From: Chloroflexia bacterium
GTDB taxonomy: Bacteria > Chloroflexota > Chloroflexia > Chloroheliales > Chloroheliaceae
Assembly: GCA_038207495.1 (NCBI GenBank)
Contig: JBBQZS010000012.1
Location: 41,699-105,698 of the forward strand
Reading direction: 5' to 3'
Length of the DNA stretch: 64,000 bases
The position numbers and the translations under genes were made by a program. The notes below the pieces were generated by a model, which worked only from the letters and a program-made list of their open reading frames with translations, searched no databases and was not told the DNA's origin. Shown one piece after another: positions 1-9,797 of the stretch (its first letter is position 1; each line of letters opens with the position of its first letter).

Positions 1-1507
1 TAGTATAGATGTGTTGGATATGATGGTCAGTGGTTTTGCGGGAAATAGTAAGGGCATTAGCGATTTCGGCGGTAGAATTACCCCGCGCAATCAGGCGTAA
101 AACCTCCACTTCGCGCTCACTCAAGCCTGCTAGGTTACGCGGGCGGGTCTTTTGAATTGGTAGTCCGGCAGCTTCCAGTACCGCCTGACAGGAAGCAGAA
201 TCTATTCTTCCAGCTTTAACCTCAGTTCTTAGGGTTTCGGCAGCCTGTTCGGGTGACATTGCTGGACGGTGGGGGCGGGGTTCGGTCATAGCTTGGAAAA
301 TATCCGCTGCCGCCAGTAATTTAGCCTGGACTGGTAGCATTTGCCCGACCAACCCGCGATGATAACCGCTACTATCCAGCCGTTCATGGTGCAGGGCGGC
401 GATTTCCCCTAGTTTAGCGAGTGCTGCCGACCTTGCCAGAATCCGATTGGTGTAGTAAGGATGCAACCGCACTTTTTCCCAATCGCTCTCGGTCAGGGGG
501 CCTTGCTTCCCCCAGATTCCGGCAGAAATGCCCACCCGTCCAACGTCATGCAAAAGGGCGGCGCGTCTCAGGTTGGTAATATCGGTTTCAGGAAGGCCAA
601 AACAGTGACCCGCTTCCGCTGCCAGTTGGGCTACCCCGCTGGAATGCCCGATGGTATAGGGTGATTTCAGGTCGGTAAAATCGGCTATTACCTGGCATGC
701 CTCATCTAATAGAGTTTCGGAAAGAATTATACAGGGCGTTGGTTCAAGGGCTATTACACTATCCCAGGCTGGTTCGGTTTCCATTCCCGCCATTAACTCA
801 GGGGCGTGGGTGGCGAAGTGTTCCACAATTTTGGGGTGGTAAACGGTGCCGTTACGCGCCTGAATAATATTTCGGGCGGCTTCGGCTCCTTCCAACCGAG
901 TAAGCACCACCATATCCCCCGCCAGCGTTACTATTTGCACCGTAAAGGATATATTCTCACCTTTGAGCCTGGCGGGTAAGCCTTTTCCATCCCACCGCTC
1001 GAAAACCTGACCCAGCGACTGAATCAAACTACCGCTAAACCCTAGTCGTTCAGCCAGCCGTTGCCCTACCTCGCAGAACCCGGCAAATTCTTCCTTCATC
1101 AAACCGGGCATAGTCGCCATATCCTGAGCAATAATGCCTGCCAAACGTAAAGGTGAGGTACCCACGCTTGCCTGTCGAATATAGCGCAGTAGTAGGCCCA
1201 TAACTTTAGAGGTTTGGGCCATGTCAATCGGCGCAATGTCAGTGCGAAAGGCCAACTCGTCCCCTACCACCTCCGCCATGCGGTAGGTCTCGGCATTGCA
1301 ACCGATATGGCGCAGCAGGGAAAGATAATAGACCTCCCGAAGTTCATCCGCCCCCAACTTTAGCGACTCCCCTAGCCGCACCGCTAACTGGCAGGTACTG
1401 AGGGCATATTCCAGGGGCTGGCCCATCGCAAGGTCGGTTGCCATTGAGAGGGTGGCTACTACTTCGGATAACCGGGCGTTAGTTTCGGGGTTTTGGGCTG
1501 TTGCCAT
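1..1507 (-). CDS. HD-GYP-type phosphohydrolase with C-terminal LuxR HTH (3' end runs off the window; missing from the ORF track)
   Basis: Manual translation from ATG at 1507: MATAQNPETNARLSEVVATLSMATDLAMGQPLEY...ALLHDVGRVGI...HHERLDSSGYHRGL...LAAADIFQAMTEPRPHRPA...GLSEREVEVLRLIARGNSTAEIANALTISRKTTDHHIQHIYT. The frame stays open to base 2. Confidence 0.85.
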   Translation of the reverse strand, partial: MATAQNPETNARLSEVVATLSMATDLAMGQPLEYALSTCQLAVRLGESLKLGADELREVYYLSLLRHIGCNAETYRMAEVVGDELAFRTDIAPIDMAQTSKVMGLLLRYIRQASVGTSPLRLAGIIAQDMATMPGLMKEEFAGFCEVGQRLAERLGFSGSLIQSLGQVFERWDGKGLPARLKGENISFTVQIVTLAGDMVVLTRLEGAEAARNIIQARNGTVYHPKIVEHFATHAPELMAGMETEPAWDSVIALEPTPCIILSETLLDEACQVIADFTDLKSPYTIGHSSGVAQLAAEAGHCFGLPETDITNLRRAALLHDVGRVGISAGIWGKQGPLTESDWEKVRLHPYYTNRILARSAALAKLGEIAALHHERLDSSGYHRGLVGQMLPVQAKLLAAADIFQAMTEPRPHRPAMSPEQAAETLRTEVKAGRIDSASCQAVLEAAGLPIQKTRPRNLAGLSEREVEVLRLIARGNSTAEIANALTISRKTTDHHIQHIYT

Positions 1508-1677
1508 TGCCTGTTACCTGTTTTAGTCTGGTTTGGACTCGGTTTTGAGATAAGAAAAGGGAAACGATTTTACCCAAATATTATAGCAGAAAATGGTTTG
1601 TGTCTAGCCATTAAAAAAATTCTACGGGTATTTTCTGGGTGACATATCGCAAAATACGAACATTTATCTGACAAATA

Positions 1678-1686
1678 TGTTATAAT
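1678..1686 (+). promoter_or_regulatory. extended -10 promoter (TGnTATAAT) upstream of gyrB
   Basis: TGTTATAAT at 1678-1686, about 50 bp before the GTG start. Confidence 0.5.
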
Positions 1687-1736
1687 GAAGCGATTAACTA
1701 ATCCGACATAGTTTCAGAAGTTGGGAGGGCTTTGGG

Positions 1737-3647
1737 GTGTCTCAAGAAATAGAAAATTATAATGCCAGTAGCATTCGGGTGATGGACGACCGTGAGCATG
1801 TGCGCGCCCGTCCGAGTATGTACATTGGCAGCCCCGATATACAGGGCTTGCACCATCTGGTCTACGAAATTTTTGATAACAGCGTAGACGAGGCCATGAA
1901 TGGTGGCGCAACCCGCATCGAAGTTATTATTCATAAAGATAATCAGGTTACGGTTTCCGATAACGGGCGCGGTATCCCCACCGATATGCACCCCGGCGAA
2001 GGTCGTCCGGCTCTCGAAGTAGCGATGACCAAGCTTCGGGCTGGCGGCAAGTTCGGTGATGGCGGGTACAAGGTTTCGGGTGGTTTGCACGGGGTGGGCG
2101 CAAGTGTGGTGAATGCTCTTAGCACCTTTATGCGGGTGGAAGTCCGGCGCAGTGGTCTGTTGCATTACCAGGAATATGACCAGGGTCGCCCGCTATTCGA
2201 TATGAAGACCGAGGAAATTGGTGGCGATGAACGCGGCACTACCACCACTTTTGCGGCAGACGGCTCTATTTTTATCGATGGCATCGACTACATTTATGAG
2301 ACTCTGGCCCAGCGTTTTCGCGAGACCGCCTTTCTCACCAAAGCCCTGTTTATTCGGTTAGTGGACGAGCGCACCGATAAGGAGCAGAGTTTTTATTTCG
2401 AGGGCGGAATTGTTTCGTTCGTGCGGCAACTAAACCGTGCTCGTGGGGCAATTCAGCAACGCCCCTTCTACGTGGATAAAACCGTTGGTAATACTAAAGT
2501 CGAAGTGGCCTTGCAGTACAACGATGGCTATAGCGAGTCGGTTTACGCCTTTGCCAACAATATCAATAACGTGGACGGTGGTACTCACCTGACGGGCTTC
2601 CGGGCCGCCCTGACCCGCACTATCAACAAATATGCCCGCAAGGTTGGCGCCTTAAAGGAAAAAGACGAGAATTTCACTAATGATGATATTCGGCAGGGTT
2701 TGTGCGCGATTATCAGTGTGAAGCTGACCAATCCGCAGTTCCAGAGCCAGACCAAAGTTAAGTTGACTAATGCCGATGTGAAAACGACGGTGGAGTCGGT
2801 GGTCAGCGATGGCCTTGAGGAGTATCTGGAGCAGAACCCCAATGATGCCAAGCGGATTATTGACAAGTGCGCGATGGCCCAGCGGGTGCGCGAGGCTCAG
2901 AGCAAAATCAAGGAAAATATCATCCGCAAGGGGGCTTTTGATGGGATGTCGCTGCCGGGTAAGCTGGCTGACTGCTCCGAGAAAGACCCAGGCCGTAGCG
3001 AAATCTTTATTGTCGAGGGTGATAGCGCAGGTGGTACGGCTAAACAGGGCCGTGACCGTCGTTTCCAGGCCATTCTGCCGTTGCGTGGTAAGATTTTGAA
3101 CGTGGAACGGGCCGCTCTGGATAAGATGCTGGCGAATAACGAGGTTAAGGCTCTGATTACGGCGTTAGGGGCGGGTCTGGGCGACCAATTTGAGGTCGGC
3201 AAGTTGCGCTACCATCGCATTGTGATTATGACCGATGCTGACGTGGACGGTAGCCACATTCGGACGCTGCTGCTGACTTTCTTCTTCCGCCATATGGAGG
3301 AGATTATCACCAACGGGCATTTGTATATCGCCCAACCGCCGCTCTACCGGGTGGCGCACGGCAAGCAGGTGGTCTATGCCTATAACGAAGTCGAGCGCGA
3401 TATCGCAATCAAGAAGATGAACTCCGACAAGGTGGGTATCCAGCGTTACAAAGGTTTGGGCGAGATGAACGCCGAGCAGTTGTGGGAAACGACTATGGAT
3501 CCCCATAACCGCACCTTGCTTCAGGTGACAATTGACGATGCTGCCCGCGTTGACGAGACTTTCCAGATGCTGATGGGCGATGAAGTGCCACCCCGCAAAA
3601 GCTTCATCACCACCCACGCCAAGAACGTCAAAAATCTGGATATTTAG
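1737..3647 (+). CDS. gyrB: type IIA topoisomerase B subunit (DNA gyrase subunit B-like)
   Basis: RPSMYIG, EIFDNSVDE, DNGRGIP, SGGLHGVGASVVNALS, TOPRIM EGDSAGG, PLRGKILNV, IMTDADVDGSHI, QRYKGLGEMN. A ParE-like paralog is not excluded. Confidence 0.9.
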   Translation: MSQEIENYNASSIRVMDDREHVRARPSMYIGSPDIQGLHHLVYEIFDNSVDEAMNGGATRIEVIIHKDNQVTVSDNGRGIPTDMHPGEGRPALEVAMTKLRAGGKFGDGGYKVSGGLHGVGASVVNALSTFMRVEVRRSGLLHYQEYDQGRPLFDMKTEEIGGDERGTTTTFAADGSIFIDGIDYIYETLAQRFRETAFLTKALFIRLVDERTDKEQSFYFEGGIVSFVRQLNRARGAIQQRPFYVDKTVGNTKVEVALQYNDGYSESVYAFANNINNVDGGTHLTGFRAALTRTINKYARKVGALKEKDENFTNDDIRQGLCAIISVKLTNPQFQSQTKVKLTNADVKTTVESVVSDGLEEYLEQNPNDAKRIIDKCAMAQRVREAQSKIKENIIRKGAFDGMSLPGKLADCSEKDPGRSEIFIVEGDSAGGTAKQGRDRRFQAILPLRGKILNVERAALDKMLANNEVKALITALGAGLGDQFEVGKLRYHRIVIMTDADVDGSHIRTLLLTFFFRHMEEIITNGHLYIAQPPLYRVAHGKQVVYAYNEVERDIAIKKMNSDKVGIQRYKGLGEMNAEQLWETTMDPHNRTLLQVTIDDAARVDETFQMLMGDEVPPRKSFITTHAKNVKNLDI

Positions 3648-3675
3648 CTACTACTATTTAAGTTTGGTATAAGCT

Positions 3676-3712
3676 AATGTAGGTAGTCAATATTATTTTG
3701 ACTACCTACATT
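3676..3712. terminator. perfect 15-bp hairpin after gyrB
   Basis: AATGTAGGTAGTCAA-tattatt-TTGACTACCTACATT. Confidence 0.7.
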
Positions 3713-3746
3713 CTTAAACCCTGTTAAATAATTAGGAGAACCCAAT

Positions 3747-4973
3747 TTGGCAGTAGTTTTAAAGAATGGGAAATTAGTAATTCAGTATTTCCAAGATGCC
3801 GCTCTACAAGTTCAAACTGAGCTAAAAAAGATGCCAGATGATAATGTTCTTGCAAATGATGAAGAAGTATTAAGCAAATACTTTATAACCAAATGGGAGT
3901 TAGAGCCTGTTACCCAAGATTTTTCACGAAATATTAAAGCTTTACAAGAAAAGGATTTTCAACAAAGACGTTCTGGTGATTTTTTTGATGGACCAAAAGA
4001 AATAGAACTAATTTATTCTGTTATTGAAATACCTTTAGAGCCTCGCTCAACCAATTCCCTATCTTTACAACTAAGGGCTAACCCTTGGCCGATTTATAGT
4101 CCAATTGAAGCAAGGGGCGTACAATTTCGTGACGTTGACCATATGTTAATCTTAAGAGTGTTTGCAGATCAAGTGAAAACCAGTATTGAAACAATCAAGC
4201 AAATGCTAAACAGTATAAATGTGGACCTTCTTCAGCAACAGCCTGCGTTTAAGTCTCGCGTTTTAGAGATTGTGCGCCAACGTAAATTAGAAGTAAGCAA
4301 AAACAATAACTATTTTGAGCAGCAAATGAAGGAATTAGGAATCGAGATTAAAAAACGCTCTGATGCAATTGAGCCTATTAATGTTCAAGTCAAACACTCT
4401 GTTCAAATACTTCGTGAAAAAACCCCCCAAAGTTCGACTCCAAGTGAACCACAATTAACATACAAATCAGTAACGGATATAGTTGGTTTGATTGATCAAT
4501 CCGGCAAAGGATTTGAAACCTCACCTTCAACCTATTCGACATTAGCTGAAGAACAACTAAGAGATATTATTGTGGGTCATCTCAATGCTGTTTTTGAAAT
4601 TAATGCTGCAACTAGGGAGACTTTTTCCAAAAAAGGTAAAACTGATATTTTCCTTAATACTCCAGGAGGGGTAGTATTAATTGCTGAATGCAAAATTTGG
4701 GGAGGGCAAAAACTTTACAGCGAAACAATTGACCAACTTTTTGGTTATTTAACTTGGCGCCACACCATAGGTATCATGATTACTTTTTCACGTAATAAAG
4801 GTTTAACTAAAGTTTATAATGAGGCAGCTGAATCCACCAAATGTCACCCTTCGTTTCGGAACGACTTTTCACTGAAAACCCAAACTTACTTTATTTCAAA
4901 TCACGAACACCCCAACGATTTAGAAAAAACTATCGAAGTACACCACTTATTTTTTGATTTGTATCCTGGATAA
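3747..4973 (+). CDS. AT-rich hypothetical protein with C-terminal PD-(D/E)XK restriction-endonuclease-like domain
   Basis: TTG start with AGGAGA RBS; C-terminal ...EEQLRDIIVGHLN...KGKTDIFL...LIAECKIWGG...IDQLFGYLTWR (D...ExK spacing); visibly more AT-rich than gyrB. Confidence 0.6.
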   Translation: MAVVLKNGKLVIQYFQDAALQVQTELKKMPDDNVLANDEEVLSKYFITKWELEPVTQDFSRNIKALQEKDFQQRRSGDFFDGPKEIELIYSVIEIPLEPRSTNSLSLQLRANPWPIYSPIEARGVQFRDVDHMLILRVFADQVKTSIETIKQMLNSINVDLLQQQPAFKSRVLEIVRQRKLEVSKNNNYFEQQMKELGIEIKKRSDAIEPINVQVKHSVQILREKTPQSSTPSEPQLTYKSVTDIVGLIDQSGKGFETSPSTYSTLAEEQLRDIIVGHLNAVFEINAATRETFSKKGKTDIFLNTPGGVVLIAECKIWGGQKLYSETIDQLFGYLTWRHTIGIMITFSRNKGLTKVYNEAAESTKCHPSFRNDFSLKTQTYFISNHEHPNDLEKTIEVHHLFFDLYPG

Positions 4974-5009
4974 AATTTTAAAAGTCTATTAGTGAAGTGT
5001 GTGGGAATT

Positions 5010-5585
5010 ATGCCGCCTACTACTCAAATACTTTATACTCCGGCGGAATATCTGGCTCTGGAAGAAGCCGCTACCTATAAAAGCGAGTATTATCAGGGTG
5101 AGATATTTCAGATGGCGGGTGGTTCGTATAACCACAACGTCATATCCAGCAATATCAACGCTCTGCTGAATAACGCTCTGGATAATAAGCCGTGCGTGGT
5201 ATTTAGTAGGGATATGCGGCTGAATGTAAAGAAAAACGGCCTTTTCACCTACCCCGATGCAATGGTGGTGTGTGGCACACCGCAGTTTTTTGAAGGGCGC
5301 ACCGACACACTTACCAACCCGGTTTTAATCGTGGAAGTATTGTCCCCCTCCACTGAAACCTATGACCGCAAGGGCAAATTCACCCTCTACAAAGCTATTT
5401 CTACCCTACAGGATTACGTGCTGGTAGACCAGGATGAAGCCTTAGTGGCATACTATCACCGCCTCGAACCGCGCAAGTGGTTGCTTGAAACCTGTGAGGG
5501 TTTGGAGAGTGTGGTTAGTTTGAATTCAATAGAGGTAGAGCTACCCCTGCAAAAAATCTATCGCAAGGTGCTGTTTAATCACTAA
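5010..5585 (+). CDS. Uma2 (DUF820) family endonuclease-like protein
   Basis: EYLALEE...KSEYYQGEIFQMAGGS..HN.I, YPDAMVVC, NPVLIVEVLSPSTETYDRKGKF.LY, L.DYVLVDQ; likely ATG at 5010. Confidence 0.9.
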   Translation: MPPTTQILYTPAEYLALEEAATYKSEYYQGEIFQMAGGSYNHNVISSNINALLNNALDNKPCVVFSRDMRLNVKKNGLFTYPDAMVVCGTPQFFEGRTDTLTNPVLIVEVLSPSTETYDRKGKFTLYKAISTLQDYVLVDQDEALVAYYHRLEPRKWLLETCEGLESVVSLNSIEVELPLQKIYRKVLFNH

Positions 5586-5591
5586 TCGCCC

Positions 5592-6293
5592 CTACAAACC
5601 CCAGAGGTTATTCTTGTGTAACATCGAGTAGAAGCGTTGCTCGATCAGGGGGTCAACCTTTGGCCCCATCCGCACCATAAACATATTGGCCGAGTCCATC
5701 ATCACATTCGGCTCGTCGGTATCCATCTTGATAAACCCGGCACTCTCGATCACCTTTTTGAGCATATTCCGATAGTTGAACTTGGTCATGCCCAACTCCT
5801 CGTTGTCCCAATGCCAGGAAAATTCCACCGAAGTAACAATTTTATCGTCAAACCAATCGTCCCCCTCGAAGGCCGCTTGCATCAGCCCCTTGCTAACGCC
5901 CAGCCCTCGCCAGTTACGCCCCACCTCAATCGCCCCAAAATCGTAGGCACGAACCGGGCCATCCGGCTCGTTCAAAACACTCCAACGGTCATGCTCGTCG
6001 GTCAGGTGCATACTGATATAACCCGCGATTAAATCATCGGCGGTGTGGGCCAGCACCAGATTACCGTATTCCATCCGGGCCAGCCTGAGCATATTATCTT
6101 TTTGACGTTCCAGGTCGTAGCGAAAGAAAATCCCCAGCCCCTCGTCCAGCCGCATCATTTCTAACCGGCTGGCGGGAACTCGGCGGCGGAAATAGAGGGG
6201 GCCACGCGGTGTTTGTTTGGTAGCCTCCTCAATCAAGATACCGTCCGGCTCCACCGCCAGCTTATTATGCTCGCCGCCCTTCAAAAGTTCCAT
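5592..6293 (-). CDS. acuA: AcuA-like GNAT protein acetyltransferase
   Basis: GAIEVGRNWRGLGVSKGLM, EFSWHWD, TDEPN...ANMFMVRMGP resemble Bacillus AcuA motifs; 2 bp downstream of glpX. Confidence 0.7.
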   Translation of the reverse strand: MELLKGGEHNKLAVEPDGILIEEATKQTPRGPLYFRRRVPASRLEMMRLDEGLGIFFRYDLERQKDNMLRLARMEYGNLVLAHTADDLIAGYISMHLTDEHDRWSVLNEPDGPVRAYDFGAIEVGRNWRGLGVSKGLMQAAFEGDDWFDDKIVTSVEFSWHWDNEELGMTKFNYRNMLKKVIESAGFIKMDTDEPNVMMDSANMFMVRMGPKVDPLIEQRFYSMLHKNNLWGL

Positions 6294-6295
6294 TA

Positions 6296-7300
6296 TTACT
6301 TAATGGTGATCTTGCCCTGGTACTCAACCTCGCTGTAGGTCATCAGTTTATCCAGACGGTGACGGGCGCGCACATCTCGCACCGTGCCGGATTTACTGCG
6401 CATCACTAGCGAATGAGTTTCCACGCCATGTTCGTAATATTTCACCCCGTCCACCAGTTCGCCGTTGGTAATCCCGGTTAGCGATACAAAGACGTTATCG
6501 GATTTGACCAGATCATCCATCGTGTAAAGCTTGGTGAGGTCGGCCCCCATAGCCAAAGCTTTGCGGCGGTCTTCCTCGTTGCGCGGGTAGGGTCGGCACT
6601 GCATATCACCCCCGATGCACTTCAGGGCGCAGGCCGAGACCACCGCTTCGGGGGCACCACCGATACCCATCAACACATCCACCCCCGTATCTTCGAGCGC
6701 GGTCATAATAGCCCCGGCAATATCGCCATCGGTAATCATTTTGATACGCGCCCCAGCATCCCGTATTTCGCGGATGAGGTGTTCGTGGCGGGGACGGTCA
6801 AGCACCACCACAGTAAGACCTTCCACTTCCATCTTCTTGGCGGCGGCAATACTTTTCAGGTTCCAATCCACCGGGCGGTCAAGGTCAATCGCCCCTCGTG
6901 CGGCGGGGCCAACCGCGATTTTATTCATATAGAAAATGCCGGGGCTAGTATACATTGTGCCTTCTTCGGCCAGAGCTACCACCGAAATGGCGTTGGGCAA
7001 CCCCAGCGATAAAAGACGGGTGCCGTCAATCGGGTCAACCGCAATATCCACTTTGGGGTCTTCGCCCGTGCCGATTTTCTCCCCAATATAAAGCATCGGG
7101 GCTTCGTCTTTTTCGCCCTCACCGATTACAACTGTACCATCCATCCGCAGGTTCGTCATCGCTATCCGCATAGCATGAACCGCCGCATCATCGGCCTTAT
7201 GTTTGTCGCCGCGCCCCATCAGCCGGGCGGCTGCCATCGCCGCTGCCTCGGTAACACGCACCAATTCCAGGGAAAGGTTTCGGTCAATCTTCTCCGGCAT
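6296..7300 (-). CDS. glpX: class II fructose-1,6-bisphosphatase
   Basis: RNLSLELVRVTEAAA, VIGEGEKDEAPMLYIGE, DPIDGT, MITDGDIAG, GIGGAPE. Confidence 0.95.
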   Translation of the reverse strand: MPEKIDRNLSLELVRVTEAAAMAAARLMGRGDKHKADDAAVHAMRIAMTNLRMDGTVVIGEGEKDEAPMLYIGEKIGTGEDPKVDIAVDPIDGTRLLSLGLPNAISVVALAEEGTMYTSPGIFYMNKIAVGPAARGAIDLDRPVDWNLKSIAAAKKMEVEGLTVVVLDRPRHEHLIREIRDAGARIKMITDGDIAGAIMTALEDTGVDVLMGIGGAPEAVVSACALKCIGGDMQCRPYPRNEEDRRKALAMGADLTKLYTMDDLVKSDNVFVSLTGITNGELVDGVKYYEHGVETHSLVMRSKSGTVRDVRARHRLDKLMTYSEVEYQGKITIK

Positions 7301-7507
7301 ACAAGTCTCCTTCCAGCACTCTCCATTGAGTAACTAACTCTCTTCGATTATTCCATTGTTACATGCAAGTTTACCCATGCAGTACCGCACAACAAAGCCT
7401 CTTGCTATTAGTTGCTATATAATACCCTTAATGGGGCTAAACAAGCAATCCAAAAAGGTTAATCGGTTGGCGGTAGTCGATAAAAAGAGGGGGGATTTTA
7501 CAAAATA

Positions 7508-8953
7508 ATGGTTAGGCGGCACAAACTCAATTTAAAGCTGGTTACACTGATTCTTACCCTGTTGCTGGTGGCTTGCGGGGAAGAAAATACCCCTACCCCT
7601 TATGCCTTGCCTACGGTGGTATTTCCGACTCCCACTCTAGCCCCGCTTACCCCTCTACCCGTACAATCGTTGCCCGGTGTTACCTTTGCCGCGCCAACTA
7701 CCGCCCCAATTACAACCAGGACTGTGCCCCCGACCCCCACCTATCGGCCTAGCCCCACCCCTCAACTTCCAAATCTGCCCGCAATTCCGACTTTTAGCCC
7801 GGCCAAACCAGAGGGGCTAGTTAAAACAGTTACGACCTGGTTGAATCAACAAAAAGATGCCCTACCCGCCGCCGAAAATGGCCCGGAAAATGCGCGGGTC
7901 AGGCTGCGCGATTTGCTGGTAAACTGGAAATTCATTGGGGCGGAAGTTCCACTTTTTACGGGCGACCTGGATGGCGACGGTAAGCTGGAAATTGTGGCTA
8001 CAGTGGCGGACGACTGGACGCGCTTCCCTTCCAGTATTTCAGGGTACGGCCTGGTGTTGGTGTTAAAGAGTAACAACAATGGATGGGCTGGTTCTACCCT
8101 AAAACAGGCCGATTTAAAACCTCAAAAAAATCCTAACCGGGATGAGTTTGTCTACCCCAAGCTGGAAAAAGTAGACGATTTGAATAGCGACAAGAAGGCC
8201 GAAATCGTCTTTAGCGAGCTTTATTGTGGCGCAAGCACATGTACTACTACTTTGCACGTTTTGGATTGGGCCAGCAGCAAATTTACCGATCTGACCCCGG
8301 AAGTGCCGGTTATGCCAAGTGCTAAAGTTAGTTTTGAGCCAGGTGATATTGGCACCACAATTTTATTTTCAGGTGGCGGATTTGGTTCGGTGGGGGCGGG
8401 GTTACAACGAGGCCGTACTGAATATTGGCGGTGGGATGCTGCCAGCAAAACCTTCAAGCTGGTCGAAACTAAATATGAAGTTTCCTATTACCTGTTTCAT
8501 CGGGTAATTGATGGTAATCTGGCATTAGATAAAGCAAATTATCCAACCGCGATTACTCTTTACTCCGGGGCTTTGACCGACTCGACCCTGAAACTTTGGT
8601 TTAACGAGAGTCAGGGAACACCCCAACAAATTCAGGATGAAAAGGATATTTTGACCGCCTTTGCTCGCTTTCGGCTGGCCCTGGCCTATGCCTTGAGCGA
8701 AGACCGTGCGAATGCAACCCAGACTTTGCAGACGGCTATCGCCAAAGATGGCAAGTATAGCGGTTGGGCTACGGCTTTTTCCGGAGCATTTCAGGCTAGC
8801 AAAGCCCCTACAGCCTCGGCGGCGGCAAAAGAAGGTTGTGTGGAGGCGGTGAAATTTTCCAAACAAAACCCTGGTTTGATTGAAGGACTAAACCAGTTTG
8901 GTTATGCCAACCCCACCTTTAAACCGGAAGACATTTGCCCCACTTTAAAATAA
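7508..8953 (+). CDS. lipoprotein with Pro/Thr-rich linker, DxDxDG Ca-binding-like motifs and helical C-terminus
   Basis: Lipobox LVAC; PTP/PT-rich residues ~25-100; DLDGDGKLEI and DLNSDKKAEI. Confidence 0.7.
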   Translation: MVRRHKLNLKLVTLILTLLLVACGEENTPTPYALPTVVFPTPTLAPLTPLPVQSLPGVTFAAPTTAPITTRTVPPTPTYRPSPTPQLPNLPAIPTFSPAKPEGLVKTVTTWLNQQKDALPAAENGPENARVRLRDLLVNWKFIGAEVPLFTGDLDGDGKLEIVATVADDWTRFPSSISGYGLVLVLKSNNNGWAGSTLKQADLKPQKNPNRDEFVYPKLEKVDDLNSDKKAEIVFSELYCGASTCTTTLHVLDWASSKFTDLTPEVPVMPSAKVSFEPGDIGTTILFSGGGFGSVGAGLQRGRTEYWRWDAASKTFKLVETKYEVSYYLFHRVIDGNLALDKANYPTAITLYSGALTDSTLKLWFNESQGTPQQIQDEKDILTAFARFRLALAYALSEDRANATQTLQTAIAKDGKYSGWATAFSGAFQASKAPTASAAAKEGCVEAVKFSKQNPGLIEGLNQFGYANPTFKPEDICPTLK

Positions 8954-8956
8954 AAT

Positions 8957-8984
8957 ATCCCCGCTCTAGATAGGAAGCGGGGAT
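8957..8984. terminator. probable bidirectional terminator
   Basis: ATCCCCGCT...AGCGGGGAT between convergent genes. Confidence 0.6.
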
Positions 8985-9028
8985 AACCAATTCATCCTCA
9001 AACTTGTTCAGGCAAAGACTGCTATAAA

Positions 9029-9625
9029 TTACCCGCGGGCAGCTTTGGCCTGTCGAACAACCTCGGCTACCTGGGCATAGTGGCTGTCCAGATGGAGCAT
9101 TCCTACCAGAAACCTGGCTACCGGGTTGATTTTACCCTGCAAAAAGCCAAATTCCACGAATATTTCAAGATGGGGTTCGTCCGGCCACATCTCCAGCGAG
9201 GCCAATTGCATCCGGCGGCTTTCTTCCAGGCGGTGTCGGCACTGGGCAATGGTGGTGACCGTTTCCCAATGTACTTCGCTGCGGGAACGTCCGTGATTTT
9301 CTACACCCCGCGCCATTTCTGCCGCCAGAAAAGCCGCCTCCTCTGACCCTGCGGTAAAATGGACAATTACATGGCCCAGGGTCCAGGCAATTTCCGCTTC
9401 CGCCTCATTAGCAGCAAAAGTGTCTTTGGCATTGGGGTCACTTGGCATAAATATCACATCGGCGTCGGTGCAATCTTCAATCATATTAAGCACTCTATCA
9501 ATGGACTCGTTGGTAAAAGCCCGCAGGTCGGCAGTGGTCAGGTTAGCGGCTAACTCCGCGATTGTCTGAGTCTTTTGGCGAATTGGGGTAAAATCCAGGG
9601 TACGTACCGGGGTAACGTCAAGCAT
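9029..9625 (-). CDS. DinB/YfiT-like metal-dependent protein
   Basis: WTLGHVIVH and HLDSHYAQ histidine motifs typical of DinB_2. Confidence 0.75.
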   Translation of the reverse strand: MLDVTPVRTLDFTPIRQKTQTIAELAANLTTADLRAFTNESIDRVLNMIEDCTDADVIFMPSDPNAKDTFAANEAEAEIAWTLGHVIVHFTAGSEEAAFLAAEMARGVENHGRSRSEVHWETVTTIAQCRHRLEESRRMQLASLEMWPDEPHLEIFVEFGFLQGKINPVARFLVGMLHLDSHYAQVAEVVRQAKAARG

Positions 9626-9797
9626 AATATCCTACCTTTTCTAATATGGAAAATATGTGTTGTGAGTTTTTTATATAAGCAGCGTGCCCAAAGGCCTGGA
9701 CATTATAGCAGAAGTGCAGCCCAGCGCAATTCGCGGTACAATATAGCTGGCAAAACCCCTAATTTTCACACAGCCAGATATTTCAAGGAGAAGATTG

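Noticed and set aside
1737-3647. gyrB without adjacent gyrA (motif FQSQTK instead of FEGQTK) as a resistance or novel topoisomerase
   Set aside because: Split gyrA/gyrB loci and such substitutions are common; the sequence alone gives no support beyond a possible paralog.
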